A DNA stretch of 63,954 bases, counting the filler, from an uncultured Acidimicrobiia bacterium (lineage in GTDB: Bacteria; Actinomycetota; Acidimicrobiia; Spongiisociales; JAOTWH01), in assembly GCA_964347285.1 (NCBI GenBank). It is 3 parts of 3 records of this genome, joined end to end, with 100 filler letters (N's around TTAATTAATTAA, not from the genome) between each part and the next. Parts side by side here need not be neighbours in the genome. Positions count along the whole stretch, not along the records: positions 30,061 to 59,776 come from CAYFYE010000019.1; 2 more parts are not named here. One strand, written 5' to 3'. The position numbers were made by a program, and so were the translations under genes. Below, piece after piece: positions 47,106 through 57,906 of this stretch (within the stretch, counting starts at the first letter, position 1; the number at the start of each line of letters is the position of its first letter). The notes below the pieces were generated by a model. The model was not told the origin of the DNA. It saw nothing but the letters and a program-made list of their open reading frames with translations, and searched no databases.

Positions 47106-48538
47106 TCACGGTGTTGGGGATGAGAAGGCACTCGGAAAGTGCCCGGGTCGCCGGGCGGCTGCGTGAACTCGATGGGCCGGGAGCTTCTGACCCACCATCG
47201 GAATGGCTTCGTGCGCGGCTCTGCGGGCCAGCAGGTCGATGGTCTGACGGTGCGCTCGGCCGAGGAAGTCCTCCTCGTCGAGGCTGGTACTCGAGCCGTT
47301 TTCGATCACGTGTCGGCCCTGCACCCACACATGGCGCACATCGCCGGCTCGGGCGGCGAATACCAGATTCCACGGAATGGGGTCATGCTCCTCGTCACGG
47401 GCAATGGGCATGAGGTGCGGCTGCCACAGGTCGACGGCAATCACGTCAGCCTGTTTGCCGACCTCCAGTGAACCCACCTTCCGGCCGATCCCGAGGAGTC
47501 GTGCTCCTTCAATGGTGGCCATGCGAATCGCCTGTTGGGCCGTGACGGCGGTGGCGTCCAAATGGGTGACTTCTTGCAGCAGCGAGGCATATTTCATGCA
47601 CTCGAACATGCTCAAAGAGTGTTGGAGATGCCGCCGTCCGAGCCCAGACCCACTCGCCCCCCCGGCATCGGTGTACTTCTGCAGAGGCGCCGGGCCGGAT
47701 GCCAGCTTCATGTTGCTGATGGGGCAGTGGGCTACGCCGGTGCCGATCTCGGCCAGCACGGCGATTTCGCCGTCGTCGAGCCACACACAGTGGGCCAGCA
47801 CCGAACCGGGTTTGAGGATGCCCCATTCCTCGAACTTGTGAACCGGGCGATCACCGAAGAGCTCCTCGACGACCTCTACCTCTTCCTGTTGCTCGCTCGT
47901 GTGGGTGTGGATATGGACGCCGTAGGCGCCTGCGATGCGTCGCGCCTCGCGGAACATGTCCTCGGAGCAGTACGTGATGTGTTCGAGGCCCACCCAGACC
48001 CTTACGCGTCCGTCTTGTGTGTTGTCGTGGCTTTCGATCAGCGTCCGGGTGCCGTCGAGAGTCTCGAAGAAGTCCTTGGTGGGTGGTCTGCGGCATAGGG
48101 CACCAAGTGGACCCGCATGCCGAGCTCTGCGGCTGCTTTGGCCCCCATGTGCAGGAAGCGATACATGTCCATGACGGTCGTGGTGCCCCCTTTGAGCGAT
48201 TCCAGGTAGCTGATCAGGCAGGCGCAGTACGCGTCTTCCTCGCTCAGCGCCTGGTGTTCTCGCTGGTACTCCGGCAGCCAATCCATCAGCTGGGCATCTT
48301 CACCGAACGCCTTGAGCAGGCTGGAGTGGCTGTGGGTGTCGATGAGCCCCGGCAGCAGCGCCAGGCGGCCACCGGCGTCGAAGACCTGGGCACCGTCCGG
48401 CACCGGGGTGGTGTCGGTGGGGCCGAGGGCGATGATGGCCTGTTGATCGAACACGATGGAGCCCGGGTTGAAGCAGGAGAAGGCTTCGTCCACCGGGTAG
48501 ATGACGGCGTTGGTGACGGCGGTTACTTCAGGCGGCAT
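47106..48538 (-). pseudogene. Amidohydrolase (MTA/SAH deaminase-like), multiply frameshifted
   Basis: PGLIDTHSH, GTTT, HTHTSE, AHCVWL, HCPISNMKL; GLGSDG motif displaced to another frame; indels near 48080, 47660 and 47620. Confidence 0.75.
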
Positions 48539-48728
48539 TACGCGGTTCCTTTCAGGTTGGTGTGCCTGCGGGTCGTTCCCCCTGCGCCGGCAGCAACAGA
48601 CTGGCAGGAAAGGGGCCGGCTCGGGAAGCCGGCCGCGACATCCGGTGGACCGATCCCTTCCCTCGGAGGCCCGGCCACCAACGACGGCGTTCCCCGGCGC
48701 TCATCGACCCGGCCGGGGCCGGCGAACG

Positions 48729-49595
48729 TCAGAGGGGGGTCTCCTCCTCACCGGGCTTGTCCTCACCGGCCTCCTCGAGGAAGCGCTCGATCTCGGCCGC
48801 GATCTCTTCGCCGGACGGGACCGGCCCTTCGGCGTCGTGGAGGTTCTCCAACGATCGGACGTACTCCGTCGCCTGTTCCTCGGAGGCCACGAGCTCGTCG
48901 AGGCGTTGTCGTTGCTCGGCGGCTTCGTCGATCAGGGTTCCGAGCGGAATGGTCACGCCGAGGTGGCGGGCGGCCCGCTCCACCAGGGCCACGATGCCGG
49001 GCAAGTAGCTCTCCACCACGTAGTGGGGGATCTGGGCCCAGAAGCCGACCGCCGGTATCCCCGAATCAACGACGAGGCTCTCGACCACGCTCACTGCCGC
49101 CCCCGGTACCCGGAGCAGGCCCTCGGGGAACTGCTCATCTTCGGCGATGAGATCGGGGCGGGAGGCGGTGGTGAGCAGCCGGACCGGTCGGGTATGTGGA
49201 GTCGCCGACGGGATCCCTCCAAGGGACACTTGCTGGACCACCCCGAGCCGGGCGGCGAGGTCGGCGACCGAGGCACCGAAGGCCCTCCAGTTCCAGTTGG
49301 GCTCCGGCCCGGACAGCACCAGCACGTCACGCTCATCGAGGTGACGGCGCCACAGGGTCATGTCCGGGAAGCTCACCTCCTTCATGACTCCATCTACGAA
49401 GTCGATCACCGGCCGACGCACCCGGTAGTCGTACAGCACATCGGAGTCGAACGTGGCGATGGCGTCGCCCGGCGCGGCGATGTGGTCGGCGGCACCGGTA
49501 CCCACGTAGCCGGCGTTGACCCAGCCGTCGAACGCGACGATCAGCGCCGGGGCCTCGAGATTGGTGACGTCGACCAGTAGCTCGAACATCGACAT
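48729..49595 (-). CDS. PAC2 family (proteasome assembly chaperone-like) protein
   Basis: AFDGWVNAG, DYRVRRP, GPEPNWNW, PHTRP, WAQIPHY, EIERFL. Confidence 0.9.
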   Translation of the reverse strand: MSMFELLVDVTNLEAPALIVAFDGWVNAGYVGTGAADHIAAPGDAIATFDSDVLYDYRVRRPVIDFVDGVMKEVSFPDMTLWRRHLDERDVLVLSGPEPNWNWRAFGASVADLAARLGVVQQVSLGGIPSATPHTRPVRLLTTASRPDLIAEDEQFPEGLLRVPGAAVSVVESLVVDSGIPAVGFWAQIPHYVVESYLPGIVALVERAARHLGVTIPLGTLIDEAAEQRQRLDELVASEEQATEYVRSLENLHDAEGPVPSGEEIAAEIERFLEEAGEDKPGEEETPL

Positions 49596-49788
49596 GGTTC
49601 CAGGCTAGGCAGATCTCCTCCCGAAGCCTTGGGAACCTCCGGTCCGGCGGGCGTCGAAGATCTGGCTCGAGCGGTCCGTTTCTGGAGCCCCTTGCCACGA
49701 AGGGTGGTGATAGACGACGCAGAGTGCATTAAGGTCGATCCGCGGGACCCCACCCCTGTAGCGTATGCGCCACGGCTGGAGGTCAGAG

Positions 49789-52700
49789 ATGACGCGATAT
49801 GGCTGCACAGCCAGCCCACTCGGCCGGCACGGCCGGTCGGGCGGCCCCATTCCCCGGGTCATCTACGACCCGGCGGACGAGCGCGATTCGTGCGGTGTCG
49901 GGTTCATCGCCGATCGGAGCCTTCGTCCCTCACATCGCACCCTCCGTACTGCGGTGGAATGCCTCGTCAACCTCGACCATCGAGGTGCGATCGCAGCCGA
50001 CGGCACCGGCGACGGCGCCGGCCTCCTCACCCAGGTTCCCTACCGGCTCCTGTCCCGGGAGATGGGGCGACGGGGCATGGCTCCGCCTCCCCGCGGATGG
50101 CTCGGGGTGATCGCTGCCTTCCTCCCGCCGCAGGCCCCGGAGAAGGGCCGCGTGCTCATCGAGGAGATGGCTGCGGCCGAAGGGCTGCGGGTGGCGTGGT
50201 GGCGCCGCGTTCCCATCGACCCGGAGTACCTGGGCGGAGCTGCTCGTGACTCGTTGCCCAGCATCGAGCAGGCGATGGTCGTGCCGGGGCCCGACGTCGC
50301 CGACGTCGACGACCTGGAGCGCCGTCTCTTTCTGGGGCGCAAGAACGCCGAGAAGGCGGCCCGCGGCTTGGGATTGCGCCGCTTTGCCGTGGCCTCGGCC
50401 TCGGCGCGCACGGTGGTCTACAAGGGCCTCTTCACCGCCCGCCACATCGACGACTTCTACCGGGACCTGGTCGACCCCCGCTTCGAGACCGCCTACGCCA
50501 TCTTCCACCAGCGCTACTCGACCAACACCTTTCCCTCCTGGGGGCGGGCCCAGCCGGGACGGATGCTGGCCCACAACGGAGAGATCAACACGATCAACTC
50601 CAACCGGGCGTGGATGGCCGCCCGTCAGGTAGACCTGCGCTCGGTGGTGTGGAAGGAGCGCACCCCCGACCTGGTGCCGCTCCTCCAGCCCCGCCAGAGT
50701 GACTCGGGCAGTCTGGACAACGCCGTCGAACTGCTGGTACGGAGTGGCCGCTCGCTGGCCCATGCCAAGGAGATGTTGATCCCTCCGGCGTGGGAGAACG
50801 TTGCCGATCTCGATCCATCGCTGCGGGCCTTCTATGAGTACCACGCCTTTCTCACCGAGCCGTGGGACGGTCCGGTGGCCATCGCCGCAACGGATGGCAT
50901 CGAGCTGTTGGCCGGGGTGGACCGCAACGGGCTCCGTCCGGCCCGCTGGACCCTCACCCCCGACATGATCATCGTCGCCTCCGAGGCGGGAGTGGCCCCG
51001 GCCGAAGAAGCCGATGCCGAGGCGACCGGACAGCTCGGGCCGGGTGAGCTGCTCACGTTCGATCTGGTTACCGGCCAGGTTCGGTTGACCGATGAGGTGC
51101 GACGCTCCCTGGCACAGCGACGTCCCTACCGGGAGTGGATCGACACCGAGACCATCTACGTCGAGCATCCGTTCGACGAGTTGCGCGATGAGCGGTTCGA
51201 TGCCGATGCGCTGGCGCGGGTCTTCGGGTACACCGCCGAGGAGCGTCGGCTCCTCCTGGCGCCGATGGCGGAGGGCGACATACCCATCGGCTCGATGGGC
51301 GACGACACTCCGCTGGCGATGTTGATGGATCCACTGCCGCGGCTGTCCCGGTTCTTCCGTCAGATGTTTGCCCAGGTGACCAATCCTCCCATGGACCCCA
51401 TTCGCGAGCGCCTGGTGATGTCGCTGCGCACCTACCTGGGCCGGCGGGGATCGCTGCTTCGGGAGACGGCTCAGCAGGCCCACCTGATGGAGCTGGCGTC
51501 TCCGGTCCTCTCCGATGCAGAGTTGGAGCGCATCATCGGTGCCGACGATCCGGCTTTCCGCGCCACATGGCTCCCGGCGTGCTTCGACCCCGCCGAGGGT
51601 GCCGCCGGAATGCGAAGCGCCCTCGCCGAGATGGGTGCCCGTGCCGAGCTAGCGGTCCGGGAAGGAGCGACGATCCTGGTCATCTCAGACCGCGAGGTGA
51701 GCGCCGACCGGGCCCCCATCCCCTCGCTCCTGGCCACCGGGGTGGTACACCAGCGGCTCATCGGCAGCGGGCGGCGACTCCACGCCTCGATCGTGGTCTT
51801 GTCCGGTGAGGCACGGGATGCCCACGATCTGGCCTGCCTCATCGGGTGTGGCGCCTCGGCGGTGAACCCCTACCTGGCCATCGAGGAAGTACGGGCAATG
51901 GCCGAACGGGGAGATGTTGCCGTCGACCCGGTATCGGCCCAGGAGAATTACCGGGCCGCCATGGAGAAGTCGCTGCTCAAGGTCTTCTCGAAGATGGGCA
52001 TCTGCACCATCAGCGCCTACCGGGGAAGCGCGTTGTTCGAGATCATCGGACTCGACGACGAGATCACCGACAAGGCCTTTCCCTTCTGCCGTGCCCGAGT
52101 GGGAGGAGTCGGCTTCGACGAGATCGCTGCCGCGACCGTCGATCGGCATGCCCGTTATCGAGGCGAAGGGGACGACGAACCAGAGGGCTTCTACAAGCAT
52201 CGCCGGGGCGGGGTCCCCCACGTCAATGCCCCCAAGGTGGTGCTCGGCGTGCAGCGGGCGGCTCGCTCCGGCGACCCCGAAGCATGGGAGGCATACCTGG
52301 CGGAGATCGATGATCGGGAGCCGGCGCTGCTGCGCGACCTGCTGGATCTCAGAGCGGGCCGGCCGGTGCCCCTCGACGAGGTGGAACCGGTCGAGAGCAT
52401 CATGGCCCGCTTCACGACGGCCGCCATGTCGCTGGGGGCATTGTCGCCGGAAGCTCACGAGTCGCTGGCCGAAGCCATGAATCGAATCGGGGGCCTCTCG
52501 AACTCCGGGGAGGGCGGCGAGGATCCGGATCGCTTCGGAACCATCCGCAATTCGGCGATCAAGCAGGTAGCCAGCGGCCGGTTCGGTGTCACCCCTGCCT
52601 ACCTCGCCTCCGCCGACGAGTTCCAGATCAAGATGGCCCAGGGCTCCAAGCCGGGTGAAGGGGGTCAGCTGCCGGGGAACAAGGTGACGGCCGAGATCGC

Positions 52701-54255
52701 CCGGCTGCGCCACACCGAGGTGGGCACCACCCTCATCTCGCCCCCGCCCCATCACGACATCTATTCGATCGAGGACCTGGCCCAGCTCATCTTCGACCTC
52801 AAGACCTTCAAGCCCGGGGCCCGGGTGTGCGTCAAGCTGACCTCGGAGCCGGGGGTGGGGACCATTGCGGTAGGAGTGGCCAAGGCGCGCGCCGACGTGG
52901 TGCTGATCAGCGGCTCCGACGGCGGCACCGGAGCCTCACCGCTCACCTCGATCAAGCATGCCGGCTCGCCGTGGGAGCTGGGGCTGGCCGAAGCCCATCG
53001 GGCCCTGGTGGCCAACGGCCTGCGGGAGAAGGTGATCCTCGAGGTCGACGGAGGATTCCGCACCGGCCGGGACGTGGTGGTGGCGGCCCTGCTGGGTGCG
53101 GGGCGGTTCGGCTTCGGGACTCTGCCTCTGCTGGCGCTGGGCTGCAAGATGGTGCGCCAGTGCCACCTCAACACCTGTCCCACCGGGGTGGCCACTCAGG
53201 ACCTGGATCTGCGGGCCAAATACACCGGCGCTGCCGAGCAAGTGGTTTCCCTCTTCACGCTCCTGGCCGATGAGGTGCGCCGCCATCTGGCGGCCATCGG
53301 GGCCCGCACGCTGGAAGAGATCATCGGTCGGGCCGACTTGCTGGAGGTCGTGGACGAACGAAGCCCGGTGGGTGCCGATCTGGCCGACCTGTTGGTAGAA
53401 GCACCGGTCGCCTACCGGCACCCCGGCTTTCAGCCGGTGGAGCGGTCGGCGGTGGGAGACGCCCTGGCCGCCGACTGGCGGGCGGCCGTCGTCGCCGGCG
53501 ATCCCGATCCGGTCGAACTCAGCTATCCGGTCACCAACCGGGACCGAGCGGTAGGGACGCGGTTGGCGGGCCTGGTGACCGAGCGGCATCCGGAGGGATT
53601 GCCCGACGGCAGCATCCAGGTCCGCCTCGCCGGCACCGCCGGCCAGAGCCTGGGCGCCTTCATGACCGCCGGCATCGACCTCCGCCTCGACGGCACTGCC
53701 AACGACTACGTCGGCAAGGGCATGGGAGGGGGCCGCATCGTGATCGCTCCCCGAGTTTCGGCACCGGGCCGCATCCCCCATGGCGGCGGAAATGCGGTGC
53801 TGTACGGGGCCACCGGCGGCCGGTTGTTCATTTCCGGGACGGTGGGTCAACGCTTCGCGGTCCGCAACAGCGGCGCAACGGCCGTGGTAGACGGCTGCAG
53901 TGACCACGGCTGCGAGTACATGACCGGAGGCACCGCAGTGATTCTGGGCAAACCCGGTCGCAATCTGGCGGCGGGCATGACCGGTGGCGTGCTCTACGTG
54001 TGGGACCCCGAAGGGATGGTGGCCCGGCATCTGGCCGAAACCGCCCCGTCGGCCCGCCGCCCCCGAGGCGATGAGCTGGCGGCGCTGCGCGCCCTCGTCA
54101 CCGAGCACCACCAGGAGACCGGCAGCGAGCGGGCCGGTTTCATCCTGGCGGATTGGCAGGAGCAGCAGCGACGCTTCTGGATCCTCGAGGGTGCCCCCCA
54201 ACGGCTCAGGGCGGAGGCCGGCGAGCCGGTGCCGGCGGCCACCGGCGCCGGTTGA
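49789..54255 (+). CDS. gltB: Glutamate synthase large subunit
   Basis: ERDSCGVGF, HQRYSTNT, HNGEINT, EPWDGP, QGSKPGEGGQLPG, C....CHLNTCPTG, GXGXG domain. Confidence 0.97.
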   Translation: MTRYGCTASPLGRHGRSGGPIPRVIYDPADERDSCGVGFIADRSLRPSHRTLRTAVECLVNLDHRGAIAADGTGDGAGLLTQVPYRLLSREMGRRGMAPPPRGWLGVIAAFLPPQAPEKGRVLIEEMAAAEGLRVAWWRRVPIDPEYLGGAARDSLPSIEQAMVVPGPDVADVDDLERRLFLGRKNAEKAARGLGLRRFAVASASARTVVYKGLFTARHIDDFYRDLVDPRFETAYAIFHQRYSTNTFPSWGRAQPGRMLAHNGEINTINSNRAWMAARQVDLRSVVWKERTPDLVPLLQPRQSDSGSLDNAVELLVRSGRSLAHAKEMLIPPAWENVADLDPSLRAFYEYHAFLTEPWDGPVAIAATDGIELLAGVDRNGLRPARWTLTPDMIIVASEAGVAPAEEADAEATGQLGPGELLTFDLVTGQVRLTDEVRRSLAQRRPYREWIDTETIYVEHPFDELRDERFDADALARVFGYTAEERRLLLAPMAEGDIPIGSMGDDTPLAMLMDPLPRLSRFFRQMFAQVTNPPMDPIRERLVMSLRTYLGRRGSLLRETAQQAHLMELASPVLSDAELERIIGADDPAFRATWLPACFDPAEGAAGMRSALAEMGARAELAVREGATILVISDREVSADRAPIPSLLATGVVHQRLIGSGRRLHASIVVLSGEARDAHDLACLIGCGASAVNPYLAIEEVRAMAERGDVAVDPVSAQENYRAAMEKSLLKVFSKMGICTISAYRGSALFEIIGLDDEITDKAFPFCRARVGGVGFDEIAAATVDRHARYRGEGDDEPEGFYKHRRGGVPHVNAPKVVLGVQRAARSGDPEAWEAYLAEIDDREPALLRDLLDLRAGRPVPLDEVEPVESIMARFTTAAMSLGALSPEAHESLAEAMNRIGGLSNSGEGGEDPDRFGTIRNSAIKQVASGRFGVTPAYLASADEFQIKMAQGSKPGEGGQLPGNKVTAEIARLRHTEVGTTLISPPPHHDIYSIEDLAQLIFDLKTFKPGARVCVKLTSEPGVGTIAVGVAKARADVVLISGSDGGTGASPLTSIKHAGSPWELGLAEAHRALVANGLREKVILEVDGGFRTGRDVVVAALLGAGRFGFGTLPLLALGCKMVRQCHLNTCPTGVATQDLDLRAKYTGAAEQVVSLFTLLADEVRRHLAAIGARTLEEIIGRADLLEVVDERSPVGADLADLLVEAPVAYRHPGFQPVERSAVGDALAADWRAAVVAGDPDPVELSYPVTNRDRAVGTRLAGLVTERHPEGLPDGSIQVRLAGTAGQSLGAFMTAGIDLRLDGTANDYVGKGMGGGRIVIAPRVSAPGRIPHGGGNAVLYGATGGRLFISGTVGQRFAVRNSGATAVVDGCSDHGCEYMTGGTAVILGKPGRNLAAGMTGGVLYVWDPEGMVARHLAETAPSARRPRGDELAALRALVTEHHQETGSERAGFILADWQEQQRRFWILEGAPQRLRAEAGEPVPAATGAG

Positions 54256-55295
54256 GAAGCAGCCCGACGGGCGTGCGCCGGTTCGAGACCATGCCCAAAG
54301 TGGAGCTCCATCTCCATCTGGAGGGAGCAATCCCGCTCGAAGCGATGTGGGCCATGGTGGAAGCTCGGGGCGGGGATCCCGAGGTTCCCACTCCCGAGGC
54401 GCTCACCGAGCGGTTCGCCTATCGCGACTTCGCTCACTTCATCGAGACCTGGGTATGGAAGAACCGCTTCCTCGACAGCTACCGGGCCTTCGAGTTGGCG
54501 GCGGAAGCGGTGGCCGCCAGCCTATTCGACCAGCACATCCTCTACGCCGAGGCGTTCTTCTCGCCGACCGACTTTCGCTCCCACGGCTTGGCGCCTTCGG
54601 GGCTGGCCCTGGCCATCAGGCGAGGACTCGATCGGATCCCCGGGGTCGAGGTGGCGCTGGTGGTCGATCTCGTCCGGGAGACCGGACCGGAGCGAGCCGC
54701 CCGCACCTTCGACCAGGTTCGGGAGGTGGCCGGGGAGGCCGGGGTGATCGGCGTCGGGATGGGGGGTTCCGAGGCGGGGCACCCGCCGGAGCCGTTCGCC
54801 CGGGTGTACCGGAGGGCCCGGGATGCCGGATTCCGCCTCACGGCCCACGCCGGCGAGGGGGAGGGACCGGCCGGCGTGTGGGGGGCGCTCCGGGCGCTCG
54901 AGGTGGATCGTGTCGGTCATGGGGTGCGGTCGGTAGAGGATCCGGAACTGGTGCGGTACCTGGTGGAGCACCGGGTACCGCTGGAGGTCTGCCCCACCTC
55001 CAACCTGCGTACCGGCGTGGTCGCCACCTGGGACGAACACCCGGCCCGGACCCTCATCGACGTCGGCGCCGTGGTGACGCTCAACACCGACGACCCGGCC
55101 ATGTTTGGGTGCACCCTGGCCGGGGAGTACCGAGCGGTGGCAGAGCGGTACGGGTACGGCGACGACGTGATGCGGCGGTTGGCCGACAACGCGGTGGAGG
55201 CCTCGTGGGCGCCGGAGGACCTCAAGGAGCACATTCGGGGACTCCTCGACGATTGGTGGCGAGAGCCGGAGGCGCTGCCCGGGTCCGGGGCGTGA
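54252..55295 (+). CDS. add: Adenosine deaminase
   Basis: PKVELHLHLEG, AHAGE, RVGHG, EVCPTSN, NTDDP; start uncertain (54252/54273/54291). Confidence 0.9.
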   Translation: MRSSPTGVRRFETMPKVELHLHLEGAIPLEAMWAMVEARGGDPEVPTPEALTERFAYRDFAHFIETWVWKNRFLDSYRAFELAAEAVAASLFDQHILYAEAFFSPTDFRSHGLAPSGLALAIRRGLDRIPGVEVALVVDLVRETGPERAARTFDQVREVAGEAGVIGVGMGGSEAGHPPEPFARVYRRARDAGFRLTAHAGEGEGPAGVWGALRALEVDRVGHGVRSVEDPELVRYLVEHRVPLEVCPTSNLRTGVVATWDEHPARTLIDVGAVVTLNTDDPAMFGCTLAGEYRAVAERYGYGDDVMRRLADNAVEASWAPEDLKEHIRGLLDDWWREPEALPGSGA

Positions 55296-55343
55296 CCTTC
55301 GGCCCGTTACTACCCTGATGGCATCGAGAGGAGGGAGGAATCC

Positions 55344-56192
55344 ATGCGCGTGAGGTTTGGTTTGGCCGTCCTCGTGGTGACGGCGCTCGTTGCCGCTGCC
55401 TGCGGTGACAGCAACGGAGGGGCCGTCGGCGGGGAGGGGTGTGCCAAGGACCAGCTCAACTTGGTGGAGCCCGGCGTCCTCACCATCGCTACCGGTGAGC
55501 CGGCGTTCCCGCCGTGGATCATCGACGACGACCCCACCAACAAGCAGGGCTTCGAAGGCGAGATCGCCTACGCCATCGCCGAGAAGCTCGGCTTCGCCGA
55601 CAACGAGGTGGTATGGGTGCGGACCGGGTTCGATGAAGCCATCGCTCCCGGGCCCAAGGATTTCGACTTCAACCTGCAGCAGTACTCGATACGAGAGGAT
55701 CGGGACGAGGTCGTCGACTTCAGCATCCCCTACTACACCACCTCACAGGCCCTGGTGGCGTACGACGCGTCGGCTTTCGCCGGCGCAGAGACGGTGGACG
55801 ACCTGAAAGGCAACAAGCTCGGGGCCGCCATCGGGACCACGAGCCTGTCCTACATCGAGGACGTGATCCAGCCGGACGAAGCCGCCGCGGTCTACGACAC
55901 CAATGCCGATGCCAAGGCGGCGCTCGACGCCGGCCAGATCGACGCCATCGTCATCGACGTGCCCATCGCCATCTACATCACCGGGGTCGAGCTGCCCGAC
56001 CTTTCCATCGTCGGCGTGCTGGAGGCCTCGGAGGGCCAGGCCGACGAGTACGGCCTGCTCTTCGCCGAAGGCAACCCGCTCGTGGAGTGCATCAACGGCG
56101 CGCTGGAAGAGCTGGAGAGCGAGGGCAAGTTGGCGGAATTCGCCGCAGAGTGGCTGGAGGGAGCCGGCGACCTGCCGGTGCTCTCCCGGTAG
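55344..56192 (+). CDS. Polar amino acid ABC transporter substrate-binding lipoprotein
   Basis: Lipobox AAAC, PAFPPW, VDFSIPYY, GTTS. Confidence 0.9.
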   Translation: MRVRFGLAVLVVTALVAAACGDSNGGAVGGEGCAKDQLNLVEPGVLTIATGEPAFPPWIIDDDPTNKQGFEGEIAYAIAEKLGFADNEVVWVRTGFDEAIAPGPKDFDFNLQQYSIREDRDEVVDFSIPYYTTSQALVAYDASAFAGAETVDDLKGNKLGAAIGTTSLSYIEDVIQPDEAAAVYDTNADAKAALDAGQIDAIVIDVPIAIYITGVELPDLSIVGVLEASEGQADEYGLLFAEGNPLVECINGALEELESEGKLAEFAAEWLEGAGDLPVLSR

Positions 56193-56213
56193 GGGCCGAG
56201 GGGAGTCCGGCAC

Positions 56214-57092
56214 GTGACCGAGCCGCAGACTCCCATCGACGATGTGATCAGGCGGGGCCCGAGCTTGCTCGGACCCCGTCCCCGGCGCCGGGTACGCGAA
56301 GAGGGAGCTCGGGGAGCGCTGATTGCCTTTGTGTCGACGGTCGTCTTCGGCGGCATCGTCATCTGGGCGATACTCACCTCCGAAGCGTGGCCCCAGGTCC
56401 AGCAGCAGTTCTTCAGTCCGTTCCACTTTCGGGAGGTATGGCCCGACGTCGTCACCGGGTTCTGGCTGGACGTCCAGATGTTTCTGGTCGCCGAGGTGCT
56501 GATCCTGATCATCGCCCTGATCGTGGCGATGATCAGGGCGTTGCGGGGTCCGGCCTTCTTCCCATTGCGTGCCCTGGCCGTGGCCTACATCGACATCATC
56601 CGCGGTGTGCCCATCCTGCTGCTGATCCTGCTGCTCGGTTTCGGTGTTCCGGCGCTCCAGCTGGAGGGCGTGCCTCGCAGCGCCCTGTTCTGGGGAGTGG
56701 GGGCGCTGGTCATCAGCTACAGCGCCTACACCGCCGAGGTGTACCGGGCCGGCATCGAGTCGGTCCACGAGAGCCAGCGGATGTCGGCCCGCTCGCTGGG
56801 TCTCACCCAGGTACAGGCCCTCCGATTCGTCCTCGTCCCCCAGGCGATCCGCAACGTAATCCCGGCTCTCCTCAACGGTTTCGTCAGCCTGCAGAAGGAC
56901 GTGGCGCTGGTGTTCGTGCTCGGGGTGCGTGAGGGGGTGCGAGAGGCCCAGATCTACACCTCGCTCACGTTCAACTACACCGGCTACATCGTGGCGGCCA
57001 TCCTCTTCCTGATCGTGAGCGTGCCTGTGGCCCGTTTCACCGACTGGTACACCGAGCGCGACCGGCGCCGCCGTCAAGCGATGAGTGTGTGA
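56214..57092 (+). CDS. Polar amino acid ABC transporter permease
   Basis: [28 protein letters not shown]. Confidence 0.92.
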   Translation: MTEPQTPIDDVIRRGPSLLGPRPRRRVREEGARGALIAFVSTVVFGGIVIWAILTSEAWPQVQQQFFSPFHFREVWPDVVTGFWLDVQMFLVAEVLILIIALIVAMIRALRGPAFFPLRALAVAYIDIIRGVPILLLILLLGFGVPALQLEGVPRSALFWGVGALVISYSAYTAEVYRAGIESVHESQRMSARSLGLTQVQALRFVLVPQAIRNVIPALLNGFVSLQKDVALVFVLGVREGVREAQIYTSLTFNYTGYIVAAILFLIVSVPVARFTDWYTERDRRRRQAMSV

Positions 57093-57838
57093 TGGTGCCC
57101 AAGCTACAACTCCGCAATGTCGGCAAGGCCTTCGACAACAAGGTGGTGCTGCGCGACATCGACCTGGCGGTGGAGCCTCACGACGTGGTGTGTCTCATCG
57201 GCTCGTCGGGCTCGGGCAAGTCGACGCTGCTCAAGTGCATCAACTTGCTGGTGCCCATCGATGCCGGACAGATCCTTCTGGACGGGAGCGACATCACCGC
57301 ACCCGGGGTCAACCCCAACGCCGTCCGGGAGTCGATGGGCATCGTCTTTCAGGCGTTCAACCTCTTCCCGCACATGAAGGTGGTCGACAACATCACGCTG
57401 AGCCCCCGCAAGGTCCACGGCGTGCCCCGGGCCGCAGCCGAAGAACGGGCCCGTGAGCTCCTGGATCAGTTTGGCCTGGCCGACAAGATGCACGAGTACC
57501 CCGACCGTCTGTCCGGCGGCCAGCAGCAGCGAGTGGCGGTGATCCGGGCGCTGGCCACCGAGCCGGAACTGATGCTGCTCGACGAGGTGACCTCGGCCCT
57601 CGACCCCGAGCTGGTCGGTGAGGTGCTCAGCGTCATCAGAGGGCTCAAGGAGATCGGCATGACCATGGTGGTTGCCACCCACGAGATGGGCTTCGCCCGC
57701 GACGTTGCCGATCGGGTCTGTTTCATCGACGACGGCGTGATCTTGGAGCAGGGCCCCCCGGCCGACATCTTCACCGATCCCCAGCAGCCGCGGACCCGTC
57801 GGTTCCTGCAGCGCATCATGGAGTCGGGCCGGCTGTGA
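57092..57838 (+). CDS. Polar amino acid ABC transporter ATP-binding protein
   Basis: [28 protein letters not shown]. Confidence 0.94.
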   Translation: MVPKLQLRNVGKAFDNKVVLRDIDLAVEPHDVVCLIGSSGSGKSTLLKCINLLVPIDAGQILLDGSDITAPGVNPNAVRESMGIVFQAFNLFPHMKVVDNITLSPRKVHGVPRAAAEERARELLDQFGLADKMHEYPDRLSGGQQQRVAVIRALATEPELMLLDEVTSALDPELVGEVLSVIRGLKEIGMTMVVATHEMGFARDVADRVCFIDDGVILEQGPPADIFTDPQQPRTRRFLQRIMESGRL

Positions 57839-57906
57839 CGTCCCGGCGGTCGGGTGAAACCGGGCCGGCCATATCATCGGAAAGCCACGACGGACGAGAG
57901 GACGGG

